From an uncultured Dehalococcoidia bacterium (GTDB lineage Bacteria; Chloroflexota; Dehalococcoidia; Lucifugimonadales; UBA3495): 56,133 nucleotides of DNA. The stretch is from assembly GCA_950072105.1 (NCBI GenBank), contig CATMOE010000019.1, positions 1 to 56,133 of the forward strand, in the 5' to 3' direction. This document shows, piece after piece, positions 1-9,105 of this stretch. The position numbers were made by a program, and so were the translations under genes. Within the stretch, counting starts at the first letter, position 1; the number at the start of each line of letters is the position of its first letter. Under the pieces are notes generated by a model, which had not been told where the DNA came from, searched no databases, and saw only the letters and a program-made list of their open reading frames with translations.

Positions 1-354
1 TCCACCGTGTTTGCCCCGGGGAATAGCCTTAGCTGGAGCCTGGACTGAGGTGCCTATCGCTCCAGGAACTATGGTGGGTGGAATATCCCCGGCGTCTTTG
101 ATTTCCTTCGGGACCACCACAACGTGCTTCAGAACCTCTTTGATGACCTCTTTCTCGACGATGACCTCTACCGGAACTTCTTTGATCACCTCTTTGATCA
201 CCGGGACTTCCTTGATGACTTCCTTGATGACCTCCTTCTCCACTACTATTGGTTCGGCGGGTGCGGAGGAGCCGCAAGCGACGATGAAAATAAGGGTCAA
301 TAATAATGGTGTCAGGAATAACGCTTTGGGGCTAGAGATCGAACGGTGCGCCAT
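1..354 (-). CDS. 5' part of a lipoprotein, probably an ABC solute-binding protein (family 5), running off the window
   Basis: Manual translation (absent from the ORF track): MAHRSISSPKALFLTPLLLTLIFIVAC-GSSAPAEPIVVEKEVIKEVIKEVPVIKEVIKEVPVEVIVEKEVIKEV...PRGKHGG. It has a lipobox (IVAC), a GGAGGG RBS at 361-366 and is open to position 1. Confidence 0.8.
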   Translation of the reverse strand, partial: MAHRSISSPKALFLTPLLLTLIFIVACGSSAPAEPIVVEKEVIKEVIKEVPVIKEVIKEVPVEVIVEKEVIKEVLKHVVVVPKEIKDAGDIPPTIVPGAIGTSVQAPAKAIPRGKHGG

Positions 355-584
355 GATCTTCCCTCCAATGTTGAATCAGGTAGGCCTACGTTTGTCTGGT
401 CTTGAGTAATGCTACTCGGTGCCATTTAAACCGAATCGGCGCTTCCGGAGTGGCTGGGTCCGCGAAGTCGGGAATCAGGAATGCCCGACCATGCAGGAAT
501 TTCCGGCTCATCCAACCAAGAAGCGCTGTTGATAGATTTACTAGAATAAAAGTTGGCGCGTGTGTTTCGCACGTTCGACTCATG

Positions 585-632
585 GCCCCGGGTGATTAGT
601 TTCTCAGGCGGAGTCACCTGGGGCTTCTTTTG
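585..632. terminator. GC-rich hairpin with a T-run on the + strand, lying inside the minus-strand leader
   Basis: gccccgggtgatt...agtcacctggggc followed by ttcttttg. Confidence 0.4.
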
Positions 633-709
633 TTCTTTAACGTACGCTTTTAAACGCTAACGGGATTCGATTCTCTCCCTGGGGTCGAAGTCCGTACCTA
701 TGCCCGCAA

Positions 710-738
710 ATAGTAATAATCGAATTGCATGATGTCAA
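710..738 (-). promoter_or_regulatory. Sigma70-type promoter for the lipoprotein gene
   Basis: Minus strand reads TTGACA-17 nt-TACTAT. Confidence 0.7.
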
Positions 739-949
739 GGCGGGTTTCTTGATGTTGCATTGCCCGATGTATTCAGAGTCATGATACAAATTCCAAGCTA
801 CAGTCGTAAAATATATCGCAAGTAAAGTCCCACCTTTGTATGTAAACCGAATTTTAGCCTTCGCTGGACGTATTATTGGACCCGCGATTCAATTAAATGA
901 GACTGCGGTCACGCCTGGAATCGCGGCTGCTTGAGCCATCGCGTTGCGC

Positions 950-1720
950 CTACAGTTTCCCGTTCAGCTCAAGGCTTTCCAGGTGCTGGTTGAACAGGTC
1001 GATAGCCTTCTGCTCCGGTACTCCCATATAGAAACGGAGGCTTTGGATATGCTCCAGTACGTCCTTGGGAAGCATCAGCAGGTCGTCCCGCGGGCCGGAC
1101 ATGCGGTACAGGTTGTCCAGCCAGTCCTCCTGCCCAACGAACAGGGCATCCTCCAGGATGGCCGCGTCCGGACGCTCCATTCCGGTGCGCACCATCCAAC
1201 GGAAGAAAACTAAGGGTAAGCCGGTCCACTCCCGCCACTCTTCCGCCAAGTCGTACCGGTGGGGGAAGCCCCGTACGCCCCGCCGCCGGCGTAACGCCTG
1301 GTTACCCGCCAGGAGGAGGGCGTCATGGGACTGCTCAGAGTCCTGGGAGTCCAAGAAGTAAACGGGGTCGACCCCATGTTTTAGGGTCAACAACATTCTC
1401 AATAAGGTTCGGTCCTGGGATGATTCTTCAGGGATAGAAATGCTCAAGCCGTTCAGATCCGCGATGGGCGCCTTGGAGTGAAGAACGGTGGCGCCGGAGT
1501 GGCTGACGGCTGTGATACAGAACCCGGACAAAGGCTGAAACCCTTCATTCAAGAGAACGCAGTCGGTTATAGGGACCGGTCCGGAATCGACTTCACCATT
1601 GAGAAGGGCCGCGGCGATCATCGCGGGCGCCATATTCCGCACCTCGATGCCCCGGCGTTCCATGTCGTAGTAGAAGGGCTCGCATCCCAGATAAGGGATG
1701 CGGGCAACCGTTGTGGCCAT
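950..1720 (-). CDS. MqnA/MqnD-family (chorismate dehydratase-like) protein, divergent
   Basis: N-terminal VARIPYLGCEPFY; C-terminal YDLAEEWREWTGLPLVFFRW matches the MqnA-type DLGxxWxxxTGLPFVFAxW pattern. Confidence 0.75.
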   Translation of the reverse strand: MATTVARIPYLGCEPFYYDMERRGIEVRNMAPAMIAAALLNGEVDSGPVPITDCVLLNEGFQPLSGFCITAVSHSGATVLHSKAPIADLNGLSISIPEESSQDRTLLRMLLTLKHGVDPVYFLDSQDSEQSHDALLLAGNQALRRRRGVRGFPHRYDLAEEWREWTGLPLVFFRWMVRTGMERPDAAILEDALFVGQEDWLDNLYRMSGPRDDLLMLPKDVLEHIQSLRFYMGVPEQKAIDLFNQHLESLELNGKL

Positions 1721-1840
1721 GCTTTATCGAGCCCCACTGTCGATTGACAGGGGCATCTCCCAGTTAAGATTGGTACGGTGACTAGGTAAAGGTGAGTGAT
1801 GTTTTACTGGAATCTGTTGTGTGGCCGTTCCCCCATCCCA

Positions 1841-1885
1841 AGATTCCTCGCCGCCCTTCAGCGGAAGGGCTGGTGTCGGAATGAC
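1841..1885. repeat. REP-like palindromic element (AGATTCCTC...CGGAATGAC type)
   Basis: Same arms as the element at 37601-37638. Confidence 0.55.
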
Positions 1886-1957
1886 GAAGTGTGCGGCCGA
1901 AGGTTGGCAATTCTATTTTCGGAACAATGATCGGTTCACAGAAACGGACTACAGACT

Positions 1958-2001
1958 AAAGAAGGCCCACCAGCATCCGTCCGAGCCGCCGGTGGGCCTT
2001 C
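1958..2001 (-). terminator. Intrinsic terminator after the NHL gene
   Basis: gaaggcccacc...ggtgggccttc stem followed by TTT on the minus strand. Confidence 0.6.
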
Positions 2002-2026
2002 ATCGATTCTTAGCTACCGGGATTGT

Positions 2027-3061
2027 CTACAGCCGGGGCCCCGCAAAGGTTGGGGACTGCTTGCGGTATACCTGGATGCGGTTGCGAGGGCTTTCGCAGA
2101 CGAAAACGTTGTTGTCGTCATCGACCGTGATGCCTGAAGGAGCCCAGAACAGCCTCTCTCGTTCCAGACCCTCGGCCCGGTCACGTTCTCCCCACATCTC
2201 CGCATTCGCGTCCAGCTTGTCCTTGCCCCACTTGGAGACGGTGGCGTCTCCGGTTCGCAGGGTGACGAAGTTACCTTCCGTGTCGAACACCTGGATCCGG
2301 TCGTTCATCCAGTCGGCGACGTAGATGACGCCGTCATTGTCCACGGCCACATCGGTGGGCCGGTTTAACTGTCCTTCACCGGAACCCGACGAACCGATCT
2401 TCATCAGGAATTTGCCATCAGGAGTGAACTTCTGGATCCGGTCGTTGCGCCAATCGGCGATATACACGTTTCCTTGGGCGTCAAGGTCGATACCCCAAGG
2501 CATGTTGAACTCGCCGTCGCCACTCCCTTCGGTGCCCCACTTTGACAGGAACTTACCATCTTTGGAGAATTTCTGGATCCGGTGATTCAAGCTGTCCACC
2601 AGATAGAGATTGTCGTCTTTGTCGAAGGCCAAGCCGGATGGGCGGTTGATCTCGCCATCTCCGGCGCCCTCGCTCATGTCCCATTTCCTAAGGTAGTCGC
2701 CGTCCTTGTTATAGACGGAGATTCGGTTCAGCCACTCGTCAGACACATAAACGTTTTGTTCACTGTCTAAAGCGACGCAGGTGGGCCAGACCAGAGAGCC
2801 ATCTTCGAAGTTGTATTCGTGGGGTCCTTGGTGGTTGACGCCCCGGGCGAAGACGTTTATGTATTCTTCGCCGGCGGTGCATACAACAATGCGAGTGCCC
2901 TCCGGCCGGTACTCAGGCGAGCGGCATAGCACATACATCATGTCGCCTTCGCCCTTGGCCATCTGAACGGGATAGGTAAATCCGGGCCCGAACTGCTCGC
3001 CCCGGCCGATGGTGTGGCTGTATTGCAGATTTATATGGGAAATCTGGGTGATAGTAGTCAT
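2027..3061 (-). CDS. NHL-repeat beta-propeller protein
   Basis: Repeated G.G.GE/QxNxPxGxAxDxxGNxYVxDxxNxRIQxF units. Confidence 0.92.
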   Translation of the reverse strand: MTTITQISHINLQYSHTIGRGEQFGPGFTYPVQMAKGEGDMMYVLCRSPEYRPEGTRIVVCTAGEEYINVFARGVNHQGPHEYNFEDGSLVWPTCVALDSEQNVYVSDEWLNRISVYNKDGDYLRKWDMSEGAGDGEINRPSGLAFDKDDNLYLVDSLNHRIQKFSKDGKFLSKWGTEGSGDGEFNMPWGIDLDAQGNVYIADWRNDRIQKFTPDGKFLMKIGSSGSGEGQLNRPTDVAVDNDGVIYVADWMNDRIQVFDTEGNFVTLRTGDATVSKWGKDKLDANAEMWGERDRAEGLERERLFWAPSGITVDDDNNVFVCESPRNRIQVYRKQSPTFAGPRL

Positions 3062-3103
3062 TTAAGCCTCTCAGTAAGTTTGGTTCCTACAGACTCAGAT
3101 CGT

Positions 3104-4237
3104 TTAAAGATAGGCCATCTGCTCGAAGGAGCCGTTGATTATGGGTTTGGAATCCAGACCCATCCACTTTTCCAACAGCGTGGCGTAAAGTCCACGGAAG
3201 TCGTTGTTGAATGCAAGGTCGCCCTCGTTCAGTTTGTTCGCTTCCAGAGACGGGTACTCGCCATACAGGCCGCCCTTAACGGCATCGCCGATGACGAAGG
3301 CAACGCCGCCCGCGCCGTGGTCAGTCCCGGAGCCGTTGTCGTGGACCCGGCGTCCGAACTCGGTGAATACCAGCAGTACCACATTGTCACCGGCGTTGTG
3401 CTCTTTTAAGTCATCGTAGAAATCGGCCACGGCGTTGGAAGTCTCGGACCACAACTTGGTGTGATTCGCCAACTCCCCGGCGTGTGTGTCGAAGCTGTTG
3501 TATGGGGCCGTGGTGTACATGACCCGTGTCCCCAGGTTGGCTAGATGCACCTGGGCGATGTTTCTCATGTATTGAGCGACCGAGTCAGAGCCGTATTCTA
3601 TGGTGGACGAGTAGGACTCGGGCGCGGTGCTGAGGATATCGGCGCCCTTCAACGCGTCCAGGCCGGTGTGGGCGAAGTAGTCCAGCACCGGCCCTTGACC
3701 GATCATTGGGGAATAGACCCGGGAGAACACGTCAAGAGCCTTGGCGCGCTGTTCTTCTATCTCAATGCCGGTGAGAACGCCGTAAGACTCCAGGTTGCCC
3801 ACCGAGGCCACTGGGACGCCGGGAGCCACCATGGCACGGGGAAGACCGCGCCCGAAGTTCACTCCGGTCAGCACGTTCTCTTTGGTTGGGTCAAGTTCTG
3901 ATATCGCCCGGCCCAGCCAGCCCTCATCGCCCACCTTTTCCGGCTCACAGGTGTGCCAGATATCCATGGAGCGGAAGTGGGAACGGCTGGGGGATGGATA
4001 GCCTATACCTTGAATGATGGCTAATTTACCCTCGTCGTACAGGCGTTTCATCGGCGCCATCGCCGGATTGAAACCGACGGTGTCATTTATCTGTAGGACT
4101 TGGTCATCCGGTACCCGGACGGCGGGCCGGTTGTCGTTATAAAGGGGGTTGGTGTAAGGGATGATTGTATTCAACCCATCATTGCCACCAGACAACTGGA
4201 GCACCACCAACACCGGATCTTTCTTGGTGGACGTCAT
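3104..4237 (-). CDS. DUF1501 family protein
   Basis: LSGGNDGLNT, RSHF, FDTH and TEFGRR..NGSGTDHG motifs; directly downstream of DUF1800. Confidence 0.92.
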   Translation of the reverse strand: MTSTKKDPVLVVLQLSGGNDGLNTIIPYTNPLYNDNRPAVRVPDDQVLQINDTVGFNPAMAPMKRLYDEGKLAIIQGIGYPSPSRSHFRSMDIWHTCEPEKVGDEGWLGRAISELDPTKENVLTGVNFGRGLPRAMVAPGVPVASVGNLESYGVLTGIEIEEQRAKALDVFSRVYSPMIGQGPVLDYFAHTGLDALKGADILSTAPESYSSTIEYGSDSVAQYMRNIAQVHLANLGTRVMYTTAPYNSFDTHAGELANHTKLWSETSNAVADFYDDLKEHNAGDNVVLLVFTEFGRRVHDNGSGTDHGAGGVAFVIGDAVKGGLYGEYPSLEANKLNEGDLAFNNDFRGLYATLLEKWMGLDSKPIINGSFEQMAYL

Positions 4238-4261
4238 TATTTCTCCTCTCTACTACCGTTT

Positions 4262-4336
4262 CCTTCCCCCTTGATGGGGGAAGGTCAGGATGGGGGTGAT
4301 ACCCCTCACCTCAATCCTCTCCCACAAGGGGAGAGG
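4262..4336. repeat. Palindromic element (CCCCTCACC/CCTCTCCC..GGGAGAGG type)
   Basis: ccttccccc-ttgat-gggggaagg tcaggatgggggtg...cccctcacctcaatcctctcccacaaggggagagg. Related copies at 40313, 44611 and 45558. Confidence 0.75.
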
Positions 4337-4342
4337 AGGTTT

Positions 4343-5749
4343 CTATGCGAATAGATACTCTGTGGTGGCTACGATGGATTGGAGCATCTGGCCCACCCGG
4401 TCCTCGAACTCCTTGGATCCGGTCCGGATCTCGCCCTCGGATCTGGCCAACGAGAGCATCTCGTTCCGGGTCACGTCAGCGAGTTCGTAAGCCCCCAACA
4501 TATCTAGACACCCATCCACTAACTGCTCCGGTGTGATGGTCGGGCCTTGTGAGCCCAGACGCCGGATGATGGCTTGGATCCCAGGGTGGCTGGTATTCCC
4601 CACCGCATCCGCAGTGAAGTTGATCCGTTCCACCAATGTGCCGCTATCGATCCATTCCCGTCCGGTATGCCAGCCCTCTACCGTGGGCGGGTTCATCAGG
4701 TCCTGGCCCATGTAGCGGATGTTAAGCGCCATGGCATTCATGCCGGGTTTGGGGACGCTAAAATCGCCCACCAATCGCATGGTGCCCACCACCGTCTCGG
4801 TGGGGCTCTTCACCTTGCTGAAGCGAGCGTTTTTGAATGCATCGGAGTTAAACAGCACCCGCAACATGGAGCGGATGTCGTAGTTGGTCCGGAAATATTC
4901 GTCTTCCAGCAACTTGATCGTTGCCGGGTCTCCAGGCGCAGTGTCCTGCCAGGCGGGAACCTGGGGCTCGTCGGCCACGAAGAAGTTATAGAGGTGCCGT
5001 GAGATGAACCTGGCAGTGCCAGGTTGCTTGGCGACGATGTTTATAATGTCCTCGCCGTTCCAGTTTCCGGTCTCACCCAAGAATGTCTTCTCGCCGAAGT
5101 CATGGTCGCCCGAGTCGTAGATGAACTTCGCCTCGTATTTGCCGTAGGGATACCTGGGTATGGAGTTGGTCACGGTCCACCCGGTGAAAGCCCGGGCGCA
5201 CTCTTTAACATCGTCCTCGGTGTAGTTGATCTGGCCGTCCATGCCGACGCCCATGGAAAACAGCTCCAGGAGCTCACGGCCCCAGTTCTCATTGATGGCG
5301 TCTTTGTGGCTCATGCAATTGTCCAGGTAGAACACCATGGCCGGGTCTTTGGCCAAACCCTGCAGGAGATTGTCGAATTTGCCCAGGCCGTCGCGCCGGA
5401 ACATGTCAAACTCGATCGTTTGCTGCTTGGGGTACTCGCACTTGGCATGGCCCGTGACGAAGATTTGATGCCAGAACAAGGCAATCTTTTCTTCCAGCGG
5501 ACGCTTGGTGTTGATCATGCGGTAGGTCCATTCTTCCTGCTGACCTTCTAGGCCGGCTTGGGAGACCCACTGGGGCTGATACCGCATCATCAGGTCTCGC
5601 TCTAACTCCGGCTGGCCTTCGGGATCGAGCAACTCGTCAACCGTCGCTTCGTAGCCCTTGACGGAGCGGGTCTCCAACTCCTCGAAGGTGGCCCCGAAGC
5701 CAGCACGGCGCATCAGGTGTGCCATCAACGCTATCTCTTTATCTGCCAT
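4343..5749 (-). CDS. DUF1800 family protein
   Basis: HLMRRAGFG, LEEKIALFWH, YLDN..NENWGRELLELFSMG and MGQDLMNPPTVEGW motifs. Confidence 0.92.
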   Translation of the reverse strand: MADKEIALMAHLMRRAGFGATFEELETRSVKGYEATVDELLDPEGQPELERDLMMRYQPQWVSQAGLEGQQEEWTYRMINTKRPLEEKIALFWHQIFVTGHAKCEYPKQQTIEFDMFRRDGLGKFDNLLQGLAKDPAMVFYLDNCMSHKDAINENWGRELLELFSMGVGMDGQINYTEDDVKECARAFTGWTVTNSIPRYPYGKYEAKFIYDSGDHDFGEKTFLGETGNWNGEDIINIVAKQPGTARFISRHLYNFFVADEPQVPAWQDTAPGDPATIKLLEDEYFRTNYDIRSMLRVLFNSDAFKNARFSKVKSPTETVVGTMRLVGDFSVPKPGMNAMALNIRYMGQDLMNPPTVEGWHTGREWIDSGTLVERINFTADAVGNTSHPGIQAIIRRLGSQGPTITPEQLVDGCLDMLGAYELADVTRNEMLSLARSEGEIRTGSKEFEDRVGQMLQSIVATTEYLFA

Positions 5750-5785
5750 CCTTACTCTCCTTTGAATCGTTATAAAGTAATAGTG

Positions 5786-5814
5786 GTTTTACCATAGCGG
5801 CTGCCGCGTGTCAA
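5786..5814 (-). promoter_or_regulatory. Sigma70-type promoter of the DUF1800-DUF1501-NHL unit
   Basis: Minus strand TTGACA-17 nt-TAAAAC, with TG upstream of the -10. Confidence 0.5.
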
Positions 5815-6110
5815 GTGTCGACTATGGCAATCCTTTATCGGTCATCTTGTGAAACCGTCTGGCGACCCGCGGTGATCCCGCTTCCCCATTCCAATAGACC
5901 AGCAGATAGGCACGGCGAAATCCAGTTCCACTAGGGTGACGGCATCATGTTATTCTGCGCGATGTCTCACGTCAACATTGTTAATGATGTCACAATCGAG
6001 ACGGGGGGTATGGTGAGGTAAAGTCGTTCAATCTTTGAATCGCCATGACGGGTCATGCCAAGTATACTGTTCGCGTTGAGCGTCCAAGACGCTCCCGGAG
6101 GTGGATATTC

Positions 6111-8144
6111 ATGGCCGGAAACCAAATACGTCTCGAGATCGAACGGAGAGAACCATTTGCCGGTGGCGGATCTTTTGGCGACACCGGGCCATACGAGCGC
6201 CTGTTCGGAAAGGTCCACTTCGCCATTGATCCGGACGAGCAGGGACTGCCGAACATCGTCGACCTGGAGCTAGCCCCGCGCAATTCCCAAGGGCTGGTCG
6301 AGTTTTCGGGGACATTGGACATTATCAAGCCCGTTGACCTGGACCGGGGGGACCAGCGCATCTTCTATGAGTTCTCCAACCGGGGCAACCGGGGCCTATT
6401 GGGCTTCAACTACGGTGTCGGCACAGACATGTCCAAGCCCGAGTACGCCGGTGACGGTTTCCTGATGCGCCAGGGATACACTCTGGTGTGGTCCGGGTGG
6501 CAGGGTGACCTCATCGACCGGGGCGGCAACATCGTCGCCAACCTGCCCTTGGCGCTGCAAGACGGCAAGCCGCTGCAAGGCAGGGTAAGGCAGGAATTCA
6601 ACCCCATGGCCAATGGCATCCTCTCGGTGGGTGTCAGCGCCGGCGCGGAACGCGGCCCCGATGTCCAACCCTATCCCGTTCTAGACCGGGCCACCGCCAC
6701 CCTAACCATGCGGCAGAACGAAACTGACCCTCGGATTCCCATAGCGGACTCGGAGTGGGAATTAGCCAAGGCAGAGACCAAGGACGGGGAGGTGGCGCTG
6801 ACACCGTCGATCAACGACCTATACATCAACGGCGGCTTCAAGACGGGTTGGATCTACGAATTTATCTATGATACCGAAGGGTCACGGGTGATGAACCTGG
6901 GCTTCTTGGGTATCCGAGACCTGCTTTCCATGCTTAAGAACGAAACCCACGACCACGCCGGGAACGCCAATCCGTTGGCAGGCCACGTGGAGAAGATCTA
7001 CGGCACCGGGGGCTCTCTAAGCGGGCGGGTCATTCGCGAATTCGTTTACGAAGGCTGGAACGAAGACGCCGCCGGACGGGCAGTCTTCGACGCCGTCCAT
7101 ACCCACACCGGCAGCGGCCGCCTGTTCCAGAACCAGCGCTTTGCCCAGGTCGGGCGTTATCCCCGCCAGCATGAAGAGCATTCCTGGCCGGCGGAGTGCT
7201 ATCCTTTCACCTTTGCCGCCGTACCCGACCCTTTCACGGAGCGCAACGAGGGACTGTGGCAGCGTCCGGGAACCGACCCGCTGGTGATCCATCTCCACAC
7301 CGAGGGCGATTACTGGGTGCGCCACGTATCGCCCACCCACACCAACCCCACCGACGCCAGCGACGTTGAGATTCCCGCCAACGCACGCATGTACCATCTC
7401 ACCGGCGCGCCCCACATGGTGCGGGCCTTGGACGACCCAGATTGGATCGGTCAGTTAACACCCAACGCCATCTCCGCCATCCCCTTTAGGAGAGCCATCA
7501 TGGTCCTCCTGGACCGGTGGGCAACCGACGGAACGCCCCCACCGCCGTCACTCTTACCCAGCACCGCGGACGGCACTCTGGTAAAGGCTGAGGAGGTTCT
7601 CGCGAGGTATCCCGCGATCCCCGGCGTCAACCTCCCCAAAGGACCTAGCCGCCTGATGCGCTATAACTACGGCCCCAAGTTCGAGACTCACGGCATCATG
7701 AGCGTCTTTCCGCCAGAGCCGGTTCCCGGCGAAGAATATCCCTTGCGGGTACCCCAGATCGATACTGACGGCAATACCATCGCCGGTTTGCGCTATCCGG
7801 ACATCGAGGTTCCTCTGGGCACCTGCAACGGCTGGTCCCTGCGCAAGGCCGGCTATGCCGAGGGGGAGCAGTGGATGAACACGGGAAGCTTCGTCCCCTT
7901 CGCCCGAACCAAGTCAGAGCGGGAGGCCAAGGGCGATCCCCGCCCGTCCATCGAAGAACGTTACCCCAGCCACGAGGCCTATATAGCAGCAGTGACTAGA
8001 GTGTGCGAAGAACGTCTGAGCGAGGACCTGATGCTGCAGGAAGACGCCGACCGCTTCATCGCCTCAGCCAATGCCAGGAATCCGCTGGACCCTTCGGTCC
8101 GGCTGGAACCATTGATTCAATCGGGCGCCTTCAGGGGCGTTTAG
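6111..8144 (+). CDS. Large alpha/beta-hydrolase-domain protein (Abhydrolase_10-like)
   Basis: FGDTGPYERL..DP, NRGN, GYTLVWSGWQGD, a nucleophile-elbow-like GGSLSGR, VPQIDTDGN..G.R.P.IEVPLGT and GDPRPSIEERY. GGAGG RBS precedes ATG 6111. Confidence 0.85.
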   Translation: MAGNQIRLEIERREPFAGGGSFGDTGPYERLFGKVHFAIDPDEQGLPNIVDLELAPRNSQGLVEFSGTLDIIKPVDLDRGDQRIFYEFSNRGNRGLLGFNYGVGTDMSKPEYAGDGFLMRQGYTLVWSGWQGDLIDRGGNIVANLPLALQDGKPLQGRVRQEFNPMANGILSVGVSAGAERGPDVQPYPVLDRATATLTMRQNETDPRIPIADSEWELAKAETKDGEVALTPSINDLYINGGFKTGWIYEFIYDTEGSRVMNLGFLGIRDLLSMLKNETHDHAGNANPLAGHVEKIYGTGGSLSGRVIREFVYEGWNEDAAGRAVFDAVHTHTGSGRLFQNQRFAQVGRYPRQHEEHSWPAECYPFTFAAVPDPFTERNEGLWQRPGTDPLVIHLHTEGDYWVRHVSPTHTNPTDASDVEIPANARMYHLTGAPHMVRALDDPDWIGQLTPNAISAIPFRRAIMVLLDRWATDGTPPPPSLLPSTADGTLVKAEEVLARYPAIPGVNLPKGPSRLMRYNYGPKFETHGIMSVFPPEPVPGEEYPLRVPQIDTDGNTIAGLRYPDIEVPLGTCNGWSLRKAGYAEGEQWMNTGSFVPFARTKSEREAKGDPRPSIEERYPSHEAYIAAVTRVCEERLSEDLMLQEDADRFIASANARNPLDPSVRLEPLIQSGAFRGV

Positions 8145-8231
8145 CCGCCTGGCTAACCAGTTTGTTCAGTGGTGTTCCATCTGTGGGGCCGGTCGGAACG
8201 AGAAACCGACCGGCCTCAGATTTGTCTGCGG

Positions 8232-8445
8232 CTAACCCTTTCTAAGCGCGGCGAGGCGGTCCGAAATCAGTCCGGTCAACCAAAGGCTGAACCGCTCTTT
8301 ATGCCGCTCTACTAGGGCGATCAGGGCGAGAACTGATAGACCCGCAACCAACAGGATGCCCCTGAGTGGACGAGGCCGGTACTCCATGCGGACAGTGTGA
8401 TCGCCGGGGACAAGCTTTACTCCTATGTAGCTGGGCATCAACATC
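8232..8445 (-). pseudogene. C-terminal remnant of a YfhO-like membrane protein
   Basis: MLMPSYIGVKLVPGDHTVRMEYRPRPLRGILLVAGLSVLALIAL resembles the YfhO C-terminus (GVxVxxGxHxVxxxY plus a final TM helix). The large N-terminal part is absent. Confidence 0.6.
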
Positions 8446-9105
8446 ACCGCAAGAAGGCCGGCTCTGCTTCCCCGGATTCCCCTTAGAACTTGATTTATGA
8501 GTGTTGCTTCACACCGGGTAGCCCGCTGGCCAGCCAAGTGGAAGCCGCCGGATAAAAAAAGATAGGCCATCCCGATGGAATTCAACCATGCATCGGTAAA
8601 ACCGGTCCCAAAGTCCAGGGCTATAGTAGGCCGATCGACGGTGGCAAGTTGAAGCGCCCGATCGTTAAGATCAGGCACCTGGCTCCAACTTCGGGGTAAA
8701 AGCTGTAGACGTCATATCCGAGGGCAAAGAGCGCCATCGCCAAAGGGATCAGAGCTACTAAACGGTTAACGGGTTTCTCTGGCGGGTCTCCGTCGTTTCA
8801 GAAGTCGCGAAAGGCCAAATTGTCACCGATCGGTCCGGGATAGGCTAATACCACACACCGGACTTGGAGTTCGTTGCGGCTGTAGAGAATGGCCGAATCA
8901 TACTACATGACCGGCCAAAGGACCGGCGCCCCAATCTCCATCATCCCATTCGTCACACCACCGCCACACCCCTGTTGGTTCCATCCGGGCTAACCCATTT
9001 TTCACCCCACAATCACTAAAAAGGGTGATTCTGCAATGATTCCATGAGCGCACAATTCGATGTATTCGAATGGGCGGGTCTGGCCACCCGCGGGATCGGG
9101 TTTTT

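Noticed and set aside
11..409. 132-aa + strand ORF with TSLMTS repeats
   Set aside because: Antisense shadow of the EVIKEV-repeat lipoprotein, which has an RBS and a lipobox.
8680..9105. c-di-GMP riboswitch upstream of the pilin gene
   Set aside because: A GGCAAA is present but I could not find the accompanying GNRA/receptor stems.
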